Shown here: one piece after another, positions 35,685-44,608 of the stretch | How the letters are laid out: each line of letters opens with the position of its first letter | Numbering within the stretch: the stretch's first letter is position 1 | NCBI GenBank assembly: GCA_009837445.1 | Contig: VXTM01000021.1 | Coordinates: 118,767-182,766, forward strand | Length of the DNA stretch: 64,000 nucleotides | Source: Acidimicrobiaceae bacterium | GTDB lineage: Bacteria; Actinomycetota; Acidimicrobiia; Acidimicrobiales; Aldehydirespiratoraceae | Reading direction: 5' to 3' | The notes under the pieces: generated by a model | The model's input: the letters and a program-made list of their open reading frames with translations, nothing else | Database searches by the model: none | What the model was told of the DNA's origin: nothing | Position numbers and translations under genes: made by a program

Positions 35685-36740
35685 TTGAGTCACTCGGGGA
35701 ATCGAGACGTGCAGGATCTCCTGCCCACGACCGTGATGGGCAGCTACCCGCAGCCGGGCTGGCTCGTCGACCGCGACCTGCTGGTGGGCGAGGGGGTGCC
35801 CCGGGTGCGCGCCGAGGGCATCTGGAAGGTCGATCGAGAGTTCCGGCAGGAGGCGATCGAAGCGGCCGTGCTGAGCGCGATCGCCGACCAGGAGGCCGCG
35901 GGGGTCGACATCATCACCGATGGCGAGATCGGCAGGGAGTCCTACTTCAATCACTTCGCCAACAGCCTGAGCGGCGTCGATCCCGAGCGGCTCGGCAAGG
36001 GCGTCAACCGGCGTGGCGGCGAGGCCGTGGTCCCGCTGGTGAGCGGACCGATCCGCCGGACACGCCCCATCGAGCTCGACACGGCCCGGTTCCTCCGGGC
36101 CCATACCTCGAGCAGGACCAAGGTGACGGTCCCCGGTCCCTTCACCCTCAGCCAGCTGGCCCAGAACGACCACTACCCCGACCAGCGCTCGCTGGCGATG
36201 GCCTACGCGGCCGCCATCAACGCCGAGCTACGGGACCTGCACGCAGCCGGCATCGACGTCCTGCAGCTCGACGAGCCGTACCTACAGGCCAACGCCGAGG
36301 TTGCCCGCGGCTTCGCGGTGGAAGCAGTGGCGGCCGCGGTGGACGGCATCGATGCGACCACGACCCTCCACACCTGCTACGGGTACGCCCTCTACATGGG
36401 CGACAAGTCGGGCGGCTACCCGTTCTTGAGCGAACTCGCGGCTGTACCGGTCGACTATGTGGCCATCGAGGCCGCCCAGCCCGGCCTGGACCCCTCGGTG
36501 GTCACCGAGCTGTCACCGAGGTCGGTGGTGCTTGGGGTCCTCGACCTGGGAACCGAAGAGGTCGAGACGCCTGCCTCCATCGCCCAGAGGATCCGGTCCG
36601 TGCTCGAGCACATCGACCCCCACCGGCTCTCGGTATCGCCGGACTGCGGCATGAAGTTCCTGCCCCGCCGGGTGGCCCGAGCCAAGCTCGCCGCCATGGT
36701 CGAGGGCGCCCGCATCGTACGGTCCGAGCTGACCGCCTAG
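35685..36740 (+). CDS. Cobalamin-independent methionine synthase family protein (MetE C-terminal-domain-like)
   Basis: Segments LPTTVMGSYPQPGWL, ITDGEIGRESYF, LQLDEP, TLHTCYGY and PDCGMKF. Confidence 0.8.
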   Translation: MSHSGNRDVQDLLPTTVMGSYPQPGWLVDRDLLVGEGVPRVRAEGIWKVDREFRQEAIEAAVLSAIADQEAAGVDIITDGEIGRESYFNHFANSLSGVDPERLGKGVNRRGGEAVVPLVSGPIRRTRPIELDTARFLRAHTSSRTKVTVPGPFTLSQLAQNDHYPDQRSLAMAYAAAINAELRDLHAAGIDVLQLDEPYLQANAEVARGFAVEAVAAAVDGIDATTTLHTCYGYALYMGDKSGGYPFLSELAAVPVDYVAIEAAQPGLDPSVVTELSPRSVVLGVLDLGTEEVETPASIAQRIRSVLEHIDPHRLSVSPDCGMKFLPRRVARAKLAAMVEGARIVRSELTA

Positions 36741-38050
36741 AGCAGGCTCTCCACGCAGGAAACCAGCTGGCGCACTGTCCGCACCTCGAAAGTGCCGGCG
36801 CAGTGCCGGGCGTAGGCCTCCATCTCCGAGTCGTGGGTGTCCCACTCCCGGCGAGGCTCGGGATTGAGCCAGTACACGGCCCGGCACCGGCTGGAGATCT
36901 CCTCCAGCACGTCGGCCCGATGGTCCAGGTAGTTGGTGCGGGCGTCGCCGGTGATCATGAGCGTCGAGTGCGGGCCTAGGTCGGATTGGCCGATCTCGTC
37001 CCAGAACTGACCGAGCACCGCCCCGTAGTCGGAGTGACCGTCGCCGGCGATCACGTCGGTGTTGCGCATGAGCTGCCAGGGCTCGATCCCGTGGTCGGTG
37101 GCGGCCAGCAGGTCGGTGACCTCGTCCACCGCGTCCACGAACACGAACGATCGGCACCGGGGGATCTCGGCCGAGAGCGCGGACATGAGGGTGAGGGTGA
37201 ATACCGAGAAGTGCGCCACCGAGCCGGAGATGTCACACAGCACGAAGAGGTCGGGCCGATGGGGCCGGTTCCGGTGGTAGGCCACGTCGATGGGTGTGCC
37301 CCCGCTGGCCAGCGACCGGCGGATGGTGCGACGGAAGTCGACGCCGCGGCCATGCCGGGCCCGCCGGCGGCGAGCGAGACGGGCTGCGAGCCTGCGAGCC
37401 AGCGGCCTCACCGCATCGCGTATCTCATCGAGCTGGTGCCGGGTGGCGCTGAGGAACTCGATGTCCTGCACCGCGGTGTCCGGCAGCCTCTGGTCGGAAC
37501 TGCCGAGCCGGTAGCGCACCTCAGCTGCCATGAGGCGCTTGAGGTGCTCAATCCGCTCCCGCAGCTCGGCGGTGGGCACATCGGGATTGGCCTTGCGGGC
37601 ATCGCTCATGATCCGGGCGAGGTCAGCCGCCTTTAGGGCGCGCTGAAGGTGGTGGCGCTCACCCCGCAGCTCGCCGTCGAAGCCCCCGTGCTCGGCCACC
37701 AGCTGCGCAGCCAGGGCGGCCGGGTCGGCGTCGAACGCCACCACGCTCACGGCGTCGACGGCCGCGGCCTCCCCGCCGGTGCCCCCGCTCGCGGCGCTCA
37801 GCGGGAACAGCCTGTCGAAGGCGGCGTCGAACAGCTCGAAATGGCGTGCGTTCTTGACCAGCGTGGCTCGCAGCGCGCCCCGGAACTCCGAGCGCGAGCC
37901 CAGATCGACAAGGGTCGCGGCCTGGGCCGCGTCGATTATCTCCGCCAGGGTGACCTCCACCCCGCGTGCCTGGAGGCTGTGGCCGAGCTGGGTGACCCGC
38001 TCGGCTATGGCCTCCCCCGTGAGCGACTCCTCCGTTCGGTTTCGCGGCAT
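36737..38050 (-). CDS. VWA-domain protein (CoxE-like)
   Basis: ATG at 38050. The segment LFVLCDISGSVAHFS is a MIDAS-type DxSxS motif, and the C-terminal part is CoxE-like. Its stop overlaps the convergent metE-like stop (CTAG). Confidence 0.7.
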   Translation of the reverse strand: MPRNRTEESLTGEAIAERVTQLGHSLQARGVEVTLAEIIDAAQAATLVDLGSRSEFRGALRATLVKNARHFELFDAAFDRLFPLSAASGGTGGEAAAVDAVSVVAFDADPAALAAQLVAEHGGFDGELRGERHHLQRALKAADLARIMSDARKANPDVPTAELRERIEHLKRLMAAEVRYRLGSSDQRLPDTAVQDIEFLSATRHQLDEIRDAVRPLARRLAARLARRRRARHGRGVDFRRTIRRSLASGGTPIDVAYHRNRPHRPDLFVLCDISGSVAHFSVFTLTLMSALSAEIPRCRSFVFVDAVDEVTDLLAATDHGIEPWQLMRNTDVIAGDGHSDYGAVLGQFWDEIGQSDLGPHSTLMITGDARTNYLDHRADVLEEISSRCRAVYWLNPEPRREWDTHDSEMEAYARHCAGTFEVRTVRQLVSCVESLL

Positions 38051-38053
38051 CCA

Positions 38054-38094
38054 GTCAACCTTGGCATCCGGTCGACCTTGGTACCCGGTCAACC
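38054..38094. promoter_or_regulatory. Three direct repeats with 17-nt spacing (GTCAACCTTGG / GTCGACCTTGG / GTCAACC) in a divergent promoter region
   Basis: Repeat starts are at 38054, 38071 and 38088, between the CoxE-like start (38050) and the dioxygenase small-subunit start (38190). Confidence 0.3.
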
Positions 38095-38189
38095 AGCCGC
38101 TGCTAGCATCTGTATACCGCACGCTAGCCGTGGGGTCACACGATGCAAGGACTACGTGCTGGGCAGCATTGCCCTGCGGGAGAGGCCCC

Positions 38190-38687
38190 ATGACGGACTA
38201 CAAGACTGTGTTCGGCTCGCTTGAGGACTACGCCAAGGGCGGGGTCCATATCGTTGACGACGATCCGAAGTACTACGCCTTCTCCAACATCTTCGAGGTG
38301 GCCTCGCAAGCCGCTCCCTACGAGAAGATCGCCGTCGGCAAGAACCTCGAATACGTGCTGGAGGCGATCCGGGCCGAGGGGACCAGCGAGTGGCGGGCCA
38401 CCCCCCACGACGAGTTCGCCCTGGTCATGGACGGAACGGTGCGCATCGAGCTGTGCGATCCCGCCGCCGAACTCGTCGACGCCTCCGCCGGCGGCTCGGT
38501 AACGCTTGACGAAGAACCGAAGGGGAACTCCATGGGCACGGTGACCGCCCAGCGGGGCCACATGACCATGCTTCCGGCCGGAAAGGCCTACCGGATGCAC
38601 TGCGACGGCGTGGGTGTCGTGCTGCTCCAGACCATCGAAGGGCCCGACACCGTGTACCGGTGGTCCGACATCTGCCAGACCTTCTAG
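38190..38687 (+). CDS. Putative hydroquinone 1,2-dioxygenase small subunit (HapC/PnpC/HqdA-like)
   Basis: 165 aa with RBS GGGAGAGG. The size, its pairing with a 322-aa cupin-like partner 17 nt downstream, and the maleylacetate reductase context all fit. I could not run a sequence comparison. Confidence 0.5.
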   Translation: MTDYKTVFGSLEDYAKGGVHIVDDDPKYYAFSNIFEVASQAAPYEKIAVGKNLEYVLEAIRAEGTSEWRATPHDEFALVMDGTVRIELCDPAAELVDASAGGSVTLDEEPKGNSMGTVTAQRGHMTMLPAGKAYRMHCDGVGVVLLQTIEGPDTVYRWSDICQTF

Positions 38688-38704
38688 GCCTAGGGAGGAC
38701 ATCA

Positions 38705-39673
38705 ATGACTATCACCGACGAAGCCCCCAACCAGCTCGGGTACCGGCAGTTCCGGGTGGGCGGGTTCACGTTCAGCCGGGACGAGTACTTCGTCACCGTG
38801 GAGTGGCCGACCGGCAACCACCAGATGCCGGTCGACCACTGGCTGCGATGCACCCAACGCGACGTGGCCTGGGGGTTCTTCTACGGCATCGTCAACTTCG
38901 ACTCGGTCATCGGCACCATGAACCACTACGGCACCGTCGACATGTTCGCGGGCCGCTTCAACGAGGCCTACCGCCGGGCCGAGGTGGACTACAACGAGAC
39001 CTTCGGCCACGAGGAGCTGCTCGAATGCTTCAAGGCCATGCTCTCGGACTGGACCAACGAGGGCTACGACCCCTTCGCGGCGCCCCTCGAGACGGGCACC
39101 GCCTTCGGGCCCAGCAGCGGCAGCAACGACGAGGCCGTCACCCGCAGGCGGGTCGTGGCCGATCGCATGGTGAGCGTGCCCGGCGACGAGCCGCTGCGCA
39201 GCGACGATTCCGGCTTCCCCGTGAACCGTGCCTTCGCCGACGTCGACCAGGGCGAGCCGGTCATCGACGCCGCACCCGGGTACGAGGACGAAGTGTGCTC
39301 GTTCAACCTGTTCGCGTACCTGTCCCGGTCTGACGTCACCTGGAACCCCTCGGTGGTGTCAGCCTGCAAGGAGAGCCTCTACTGCCCCACCACCGAGGAG
39401 TTCACCCTGCCGGTGATCCACGGCAACGACCGGGTCGAGTGGTTCGTGCAGCTCAGCGACGAGATCCAGTGGGACGTCGAGGACCGCGACACCGGGTCCA
39501 AGCGAGCCCGGGTCATCATGCGGGCCGGTGACGTCGCCGCCATGCCGGCCGACATCCGCCACACCGGCTACTCCCCGAAGCGTTCGATGCTGCTGGTATG
39601 GGAGAACGGCTCGCCCCGGATCCCCGAGATGATCGCCAAGGGCGAGGCGCCGGTGCACCCGGTCGACTTCTAA
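38705..39673 (+). CDS. Putative hydroquinone 1,2-dioxygenase large subunit (HapD/PnpD/HqdB-like, cupin)
   Basis: 322 aa with RBS GGGAGG. The C-terminal cupin-like region reads VIHGNDRVEWFVQL...MRAGDVAAMPADIRHTGYS. Confidence 0.5.
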   Translation: MTITDEAPNQLGYRQFRVGGFTFSRDEYFVTVEWPTGNHQMPVDHWLRCTQRDVAWGFFYGIVNFDSVIGTMNHYGTVDMFAGRFNEAYRRAEVDYNETFGHEELLECFKAMLSDWTNEGYDPFAAPLETGTAFGPSSGSNDEAVTRRRVVADRMVSVPGDEPLRSDDSGFPVNRAFADVDQGEPVIDAAPGYEDEVCSFNLFAYLSRSDVTWNPSVVSACKESLYCPTTEEFTLPVIHGNDRVEWFVQLSDEIQWDVEDRDTGSKRARVIMRAGDVAAMPADIRHTGYSPKRSMLLVWENGSPRIPEMIAKGEAPVHPVDF

Positions 39674-39690
39674 CAAGTCGGCCCCAAGTT

Positions 39691-39724
39691 GTCCGCTATG
39701 TGGTAACTTGTCTGCATAGCGGAC
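39691..39724. promoter_or_regulatory. 10-bp perfect inverted repeat (GTCCGCTATG-14 nt-CATAGCGGAC) between the dioxygenase and maleylacetate reductase genes
   Basis: The arms are 39691-39700 and 39715-39724. It contains the two half sites TTGTCCGCTATG and TTGTCTGCATAG. A related sequence occurs at 48982. Confidence 0.4.
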
Positions 39725-39748
39725 ACCGCTGGAGAGGGGGTTCGTCAG

Positions 39749-40822
39749 TTGTCGAGGGTCGAGAGTTTCACCTACGACGCGCTCCCGGGCCGGGTCGTCT
39801 TCGGGGCGGGCTCCCGCAAGTCGCTGGCCGCAGAGGCCGAGGCCCTGGGCGCCGAGCGGATCCTGGTCATCGCGGACCGCGCCACCGACACCCTCGCCTC
39901 CGAGATCGGCGCCGTCCTCGGCGACTTGGTCGTAGGCCGGTTCGACCAGGTGGCCCAGCACGTGCCCGTCCCGCTGGCCGAGGCGGCAGCAGCCCAGGCA
40001 CGCGACGTCGGCGCCGACGCCGTGCTCACCATCGGCGGCGGCTCGGCCACCGGGTTCGGCAAGGCGGTGGTCCTCAACGTCGGCATCAAGCAGATAGCGG
40101 TGCCCACCACCTATGCCGGCTCGGAGATGACGCCGATCTGGGGAATGAGCGACGGCGACCGCAAGCAGGTGGGCGTCGACTCCAGGGTGAAGCCCGCCCT
40201 CGTCGTCTACGACCCTGAGCTGACCCTCACCCTGCCGCCGCGTATCGCGGGACCCTCCGGCATGAACGCTCTGGCCCACTCCGTCGAAGCCCTTTACGGT
40301 CCCGGCGCCAACCCGTTCATCTCCTTCATGGCGCTGGAGAGCATCCGGGTGCTGTACCGGGGCCTGCCCGCCGTGGTGGCTGATCCCGACGACCTCGGCG
40401 CCCGCACCGACGTCCTCTACGGCGCCTACCTGGGCGGTGTGGTGCTGGCCACCGGAGGCACGGCCCTGCACCACAAGACGTGCCACGTCCTCGGCGGGAT
40501 GTTCAATCTCGACCACGGCGGCATGAACGCAGCCGTCCTCGGCCACGCCGTGGCCTACAACGCGCCCGCGATCGGCGAGCTCATCGACGCCATCGCGGCG
40601 GTAATCGACGTTCCGGCGGGCCAGGTCCCCGCCTCACTCTTCGACCTCGCCGGCGACATCGGCGCACCCACCAGTCTCGAAGCCCTCGGCATGCCGGCCG
40701 GCGGGCTCGACGAAGCAACCCGACGGGTTGTGATTGAAGCGGCCGCCAACGTGCGGCCACCGACCGGAGACGGGATCCGGCAGATGCTGGACGACGCCTT
40801 CCATGGCCGCAGGCCGGCGTAG
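39749..40822 (+). CDS. Maleylacetate reductase (iron-containing alcohol dehydrogenase family)
   Basis: TTG start with RBS GGAGAGGGGG. N-terminus SFTYDALPGRVVFGAGS and the segment TIGGGSATGFGKAV. Confidence 0.75.
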   Translation: MSRVESFTYDALPGRVVFGAGSRKSLAAEAEALGAERILVIADRATDTLASEIGAVLGDLVVGRFDQVAQHVPVPLAEAAAAQARDVGADAVLTIGGGSATGFGKAVVLNVGIKQIAVPTTYAGSEMTPIWGMSDGDRKQVGVDSRVKPALVVYDPELTLTLPPRIAGPSGMNALAHSVEALYGPGANPFISFMALESIRVLYRGLPAVVADPDDLGARTDVLYGAYLGGVVLATGGTALHHKTCHVLGGMFNLDHGGMNAAVLGHAVAYNAPAIGELIDAIAAVIDVPAGQVPASLFDLAGDIGAPTSLEALGMPAGGLDEATRRVVIEAAANVRPPTGDGIRQMLDDAFHGRRPA

Positions 40823-40852
40823 CCGCCGGGGCTGACACCGAAAGGAAACCCA

Positions 40853-42217
40853 ATGGCAGAACCCAACAAGCGCACAACCTCGAGACGGCAGTTCCTGGGC
40901 AGCGCCGCCGCAGTCGGACTCGGTGGCGGGCTGCTCGCCGCGTGCGGTGACGACGAGGAGGCCGCGCCCGCAGCGACCACCACCACCGCAGCCGCGGCCA
41001 CCACCACGGCCGCGCCGACCACTACCGCAGCCCCCACCACCACCGCCGCGGGCGCCTTCTCGGACCTCCCGCCGGCCAAGATCGGCTTCGTCACGCCGAG
41101 GACCGGCCCTCTGGCCGCCCTGGGCGAGACCGACGACTTCGTGCTGGGACAGATGCGCGAGCTCTTCGGCGACCGGATCGAGATCATCGACAAGGACACC
41201 GAGACCGACGCGACCCGCGCCGGCGAGGTCACCAACGAGCTCATCGCCGAGGGCGCCCACCTGGTGCTCTGCGGCGGCACGCCCGACACCACCATCCCGG
41301 TGGCCGCGGCCTGCGACCTGGGCGAGACCCCGTGCCTATCGACGCTGGCTCCCTGGCAGCCCCACTACATCAACGTGAAGGGTGGCGCCCCGGGTCCCGA
41401 ACCGGCCTCGGTCTGGAACCATCACTTCTTCTGGGGCATCGAGCACCTCACTGCGGTGTTCCTGGACCTGTGGGCCCAGGCCGACGTGGAGCCCATCATC
41501 GGCGCCCTCTGGGGCGGTGATCCCGACGGCCTTGCCTTCGGCGACGCCGAACTCGGGCAGCCCCCCGCGTTCATCGCCGAGGGGTACACGATCGTCGATG
41601 ACGGCCGCTTCGACCTGGGCACCCAGGACTTCTCCGCGCAGATCGCGTCGTTCAAGGACAACAACGTGCAGATCGTCACCGGCGTGCTGCCGCCCCCGGT
41701 GTTCGCCACCTACCAGGCCCAGGCCCTCCAGCAGGGCTTCAACCCTCCGGTAGTGACGGTGGCCAAGGGCCTGCTGTTCAGCAGCGCAATCGCCACCTAC
41801 CCCAAGGGCGACGGTCTCAGCTCGGAGATCTGGTGGACCGACCGGTACCCGACGATGTCGTCGCTCACCGGCCAGAGCGCCAACGAACTGGCCGAGGCCT
41901 ACATCGCGGCCACCGGCCGCAACTGGGAGCAGCCGCTGGGCTACGGCCACGCGGTGTGGGAGGTCGCCATCGACGCCCTGCGGCGGGCCGGCACCACCGA
42001 GAAGACCGCGCTCAACGAAGCCATCGGCCAGACCAACCTGGACACCCAGGTCGGAAACGTCAACTTCAACGCGGGCCCCGTCCCCCAGCTGACGACGACC
42101 AGCCTGGTCGGCGGCCAGTGGGTGGCTGGTGAGCGGTTCCCGTTCGAGCTGTTCGTGGCGGTCAACACCTTCCTCCCCGACCATCCGATCGACGGTCCCC
42201 TCCGCCTGATCGAGTAG
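40853..42217 (+). CDS. ABC transporter substrate-binding lipoprotein (Leu/Ile/Val-binding-protein family) with a Tat signal
   Basis: Signal TSRRQFLGSAAAVGLGGGLLAACG (twin-Arg plus lipobox), then a Thr/Ala linker and a type I periplasmic binding fold-like body. Confidence 0.85.
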   Translation: MAEPNKRTTSRRQFLGSAAAVGLGGGLLAACGDDEEAAPAATTTTAAAATTTAAPTTTAAPTTTAAGAFSDLPPAKIGFVTPRTGPLAALGETDDFVLGQMRELFGDRIEIIDKDTETDATRAGEVTNELIAEGAHLVLCGGTPDTTIPVAAACDLGETPCLSTLAPWQPHYINVKGGAPGPEPASVWNHHFFWGIEHLTAVFLDLWAQADVEPIIGALWGGDPDGLAFGDAELGQPPAFIAEGYTIVDDGRFDLGTQDFSAQIASFKDNNVQIVTGVLPPPVFATYQAQALQQGFNPPVVTVAKGLLFSSAIATYPKGDGLSSEIWWTDRYPTMSSLTGQSANELAEAYIAATGRNWEQPLGYGHAVWEVAIDALRRAGTTEKTALNEAIGQTNLDTQVGNVNFNAGPVPQLTTTSLVGGQWVAGERFPFELFVAVNTFLPDHPIDGPLRLIE

Positions 42218-42276
42218 TACCGACACCCGGCCGCCCGGCTCATCGGGTCGCACTGCCGCGCGACTAGCTTGGGCGG

Positions 42277-43005
42277 ATGGCCCCGCTGCTTGAGGTCGTC
42301 AGCGTCGACAAGTCCTTCGGAGTGAAGGTCGTCGACGATCTCTCGCTTCAGGTCAACGCGGGCGACGCGCTCGGAATCGTCGGCCCGAACGGGGCAGGAA
42401 AGACCACGCTGCTGAACCTCATCGCCGGCGACCTGAGCTGCGACCGGGGCTCCATTCGCATCGAGGGCGAGGACGTCACCAGGACATCGTCCGATTGGCG
42501 GTGCCGGCACGGCCTGGCCCGGACCGCGCAGATTCCCCGGCCCTTCGAGGGGATGACGGTGTTCGAGAACGTGCTGGTGGGCGCGGTCTTCGGCGCGGGC
42601 GTGCCCATGTCCGAGGCCAACGCCACGCCGGCGGCGGTCGAAGCCCTGGAGCGGGCGAAGCTGCTGGCATCGGCCAACACCAGGGCCGGAGCTCTGCCCC
42701 TGTTGGGCCGCAAGCGCCTGGAGCTGGCCCGGGCCCTGGCCACCCGGCCGAAGATCCTGCTGCTCGATGAGATCGCCGGGGGCCTGACCGAGGCCGAGGT
42801 GCTGGAGCTGGTTGACACCATCCGCGACATCCACGCTGGCGGGGTGACCATCGTGTGGATCGAGCACATCGTGCACGCCCTGCTGGCGGTGGTGGATCGG
42901 ATCATGGCCATGAGCTTCGGGACGAAGATCGCCGAGGGCGACCCGGCTGAGGTCATGGCCAGCCCCGAAGTTCAGGAGGTCTACCTGGGGGTGGCGCCGG
43001 AATGA
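42277..43005 (+). CDS. ABC transporter ATP-binding protein (LivG-like)
   Basis: Walker A GPNGAGKTT and Walker B ILLLDEIAGGL. Confidence 0.85.
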   Translation: MAPLLEVVSVDKSFGVKVVDDLSLQVNAGDALGIVGPNGAGKTTLLNLIAGDLSCDRGSIRIEGEDVTRTSSDWRCRHGLARTAQIPRPFEGMTVFENVLVGAVFGAGVPMSEANATPAAVEALERAKLLASANTRAGALPLLGRKRLELARALATRPKILLLDEIAGGLTEAEVLELVDTIRDIHAGGVTIVWIEHIVHALLAVVDRIMAMSFGTKIAEGDPAEVMASPEVQEVYLGVAPE

Positions 43006-43730
43006 CCCTGCTGGAGGTGAGGGGCCTCGACGCGGGTTACGGCGATTTCCAGGCGCTGTTCGGGATCGATGTGACCGTCACCGAGGGCGAGACGCTGGCC
43101 ATGATCGGCGCCAACGGTGCTGGCAAGACGACATTCCTGCGGGTTCTGGCCGGGCAGGTGCCGACCAGAGCGGGATCCATAGTGTTCGACGGCACCGACA
43201 TCGCCGGCGTCAAGGCCCACCGGCGGGTCGGGCTGGGGATCGCGCTAGTGCCCGAGGGCCGCATGCTGTTCGGAAGCCTCACGGTGCGCGAGAACCTCAT
43301 CATCGGCGCCCACGCCGGACGCCCCGGCCGCTGGGACCTCGAGGCCGTCCTCGATGTGTTCCCCCTGATACGGCCGCTGCTGGAACGTCCCTCCCACGTC
43401 CTGTCGGGCGGTGAGCAGCAAGCTGTGGCCATCGGCCGGGCCCTGATGTCCAACCCCCGGCTGATCCTGCTCGACGAGGTCTCGCTGGGACTCGCGCCGG
43501 TGGTGGTCAAGTCGCTGTACCAGGCGCTGCCCGCCCTGTCAGAGGGGGGCGCCACCGTGCTGCTGGTGGAGCAGGACATCGGGCAGGCCCTGGAAGTGGC
43601 CTCCCGACTGGTGTGCCTGCTGGAGGGGCGGGTGTCGCTCGAGGGCAAGCCGGCGGAGGTTCCTCGCTCCGACATCACCGCGGCCTACTTCGGGCTGCCC
43701 GCCGGCAGCGGTTCAGAGGCGTCAAGCTGA
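43002..43730 (+). CDS. ABC transporter ATP-binding protein (LivF-like)
   Basis: Walker A GANGAGKTT, signature LSGGEQQAVAIGRAL, Walker B ILLDEVSLGL. It overlaps the upstream gene by 4 nt. Confidence 0.85.
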   Translation: MTLLEVRGLDAGYGDFQALFGIDVTVTEGETLAMIGANGAGKTTFLRVLAGQVPTRAGSIVFDGTDIAGVKAHRRVGLGIALVPEGRMLFGSLTVRENLIIGAHAGRPGRWDLEAVLDVFPLIRPLLERPSHVLSGGEQQAVAIGRALMSNPRLILLDEVSLGLAPVVVKSLYQALPALSEGGATVLLVEQDIGQALEVASRLVCLLEGRVSLEGKPAEVPRSDITAAYFGLPAGSGSEASS

Positions 43731-44608
43731 TGGAGTGGCTCAACGCCATCGTCCAGGGGATCATGCTGGGCGGGCTGTTCGCGCTGTTTGCCACCGGGCT
43801 CTCGCTCGCCTTCGGGGTGATGCGCTTCGTAAACCTGGCCCACGGGGACCTGGCCATCCTCGGGGCATTCGTGGCCGTGTCCGTCACCTCCGCGCTGGGC
43901 CTCAACCCGTTCGTATCGCTGGTGATCGTGGTGCCCGTCATGCTGGCCACCGGGTACGCACTCCAGCTAGGCGCGTTCAACTTCACGATCAGCGCCGACC
44001 CGCTGCCATCGATCCTGGTCACGTTCGGACTCGGAATCGTGATCCAGAACGTGCTGCTCGAGACATACAGCGCCGACTCGCGGGGCCTGGACGTGGGCTC
44101 GATCGAGATCGAGAGCATCAGGATCACCGACGCCATCGCCATCGGCTGGATCCCGCTGATCACGCTGATCGTCGCGGTGGCAGTACTCGGAGCTCTACAG
44201 CTGATGCTGTCACGCACCCCGCTGGGTCGGGCCTTCAGGGCGGTCTCCGACGATCCGCCGACGGCCCGGCTCATGGGGATAAACGACCGCAACCTCTACG
44301 CGGTGGCCATGGGCATCGCCTTCGCCACCGTGGCCGTGGCCGGCGTCTTCCTCGGAATCAGGCAGAGTTTCGGGCCCCTCGACGGTCCGGCCCAGCTGCT
44401 GTACGCCTTCGAGGCAGTGGTCATCGGGGGCCTCGGGTCGGTGTGGGGCACTCTGGTGGGCGGGCTGCTGCTCGGCGTGGCCCACACCGTGGGCGGACAG
44501 TTCGAGGTTGCCTACGGCTACGGCTCCGGCCCTCTCGTCGGCCATCTCGTGTTCCTCGTGGTGCTCGCCACCAAACCCAGCGGCCTGCTCGGGCGGAGAG
44601 CCGAATGA
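43730..44608 (+). CDS. Branched-chain-type ABC transporter permease (LivH-like)
   Basis: The ATG overlaps the upstream stop. N-terminus MEWLNAIVQGIMLGGLFALFATGLSLAFGVMRFVNLAHGD. Confidence 0.85.
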   Translation: MEWLNAIVQGIMLGGLFALFATGLSLAFGVMRFVNLAHGDLAILGAFVAVSVTSALGLNPFVSLVIVVPVMLATGYALQLGAFNFTISADPLPSILVTFGLGIVIQNVLLETYSADSRGLDVGSIEIESIRITDAIAIGWIPLITLIVAVAVLGALQLMLSRTPLGRAFRAVSDDPPTARLMGINDRNLYAVAMGIAFATVAVAGVFLGIRQSFGPLDGPAQLLYAFEAVVIGGLGSVWGTLVGGLLLGVAHTVGGQFEVAYGYGSGPLVGHLVFLVVLATKPSGLLGRRAE

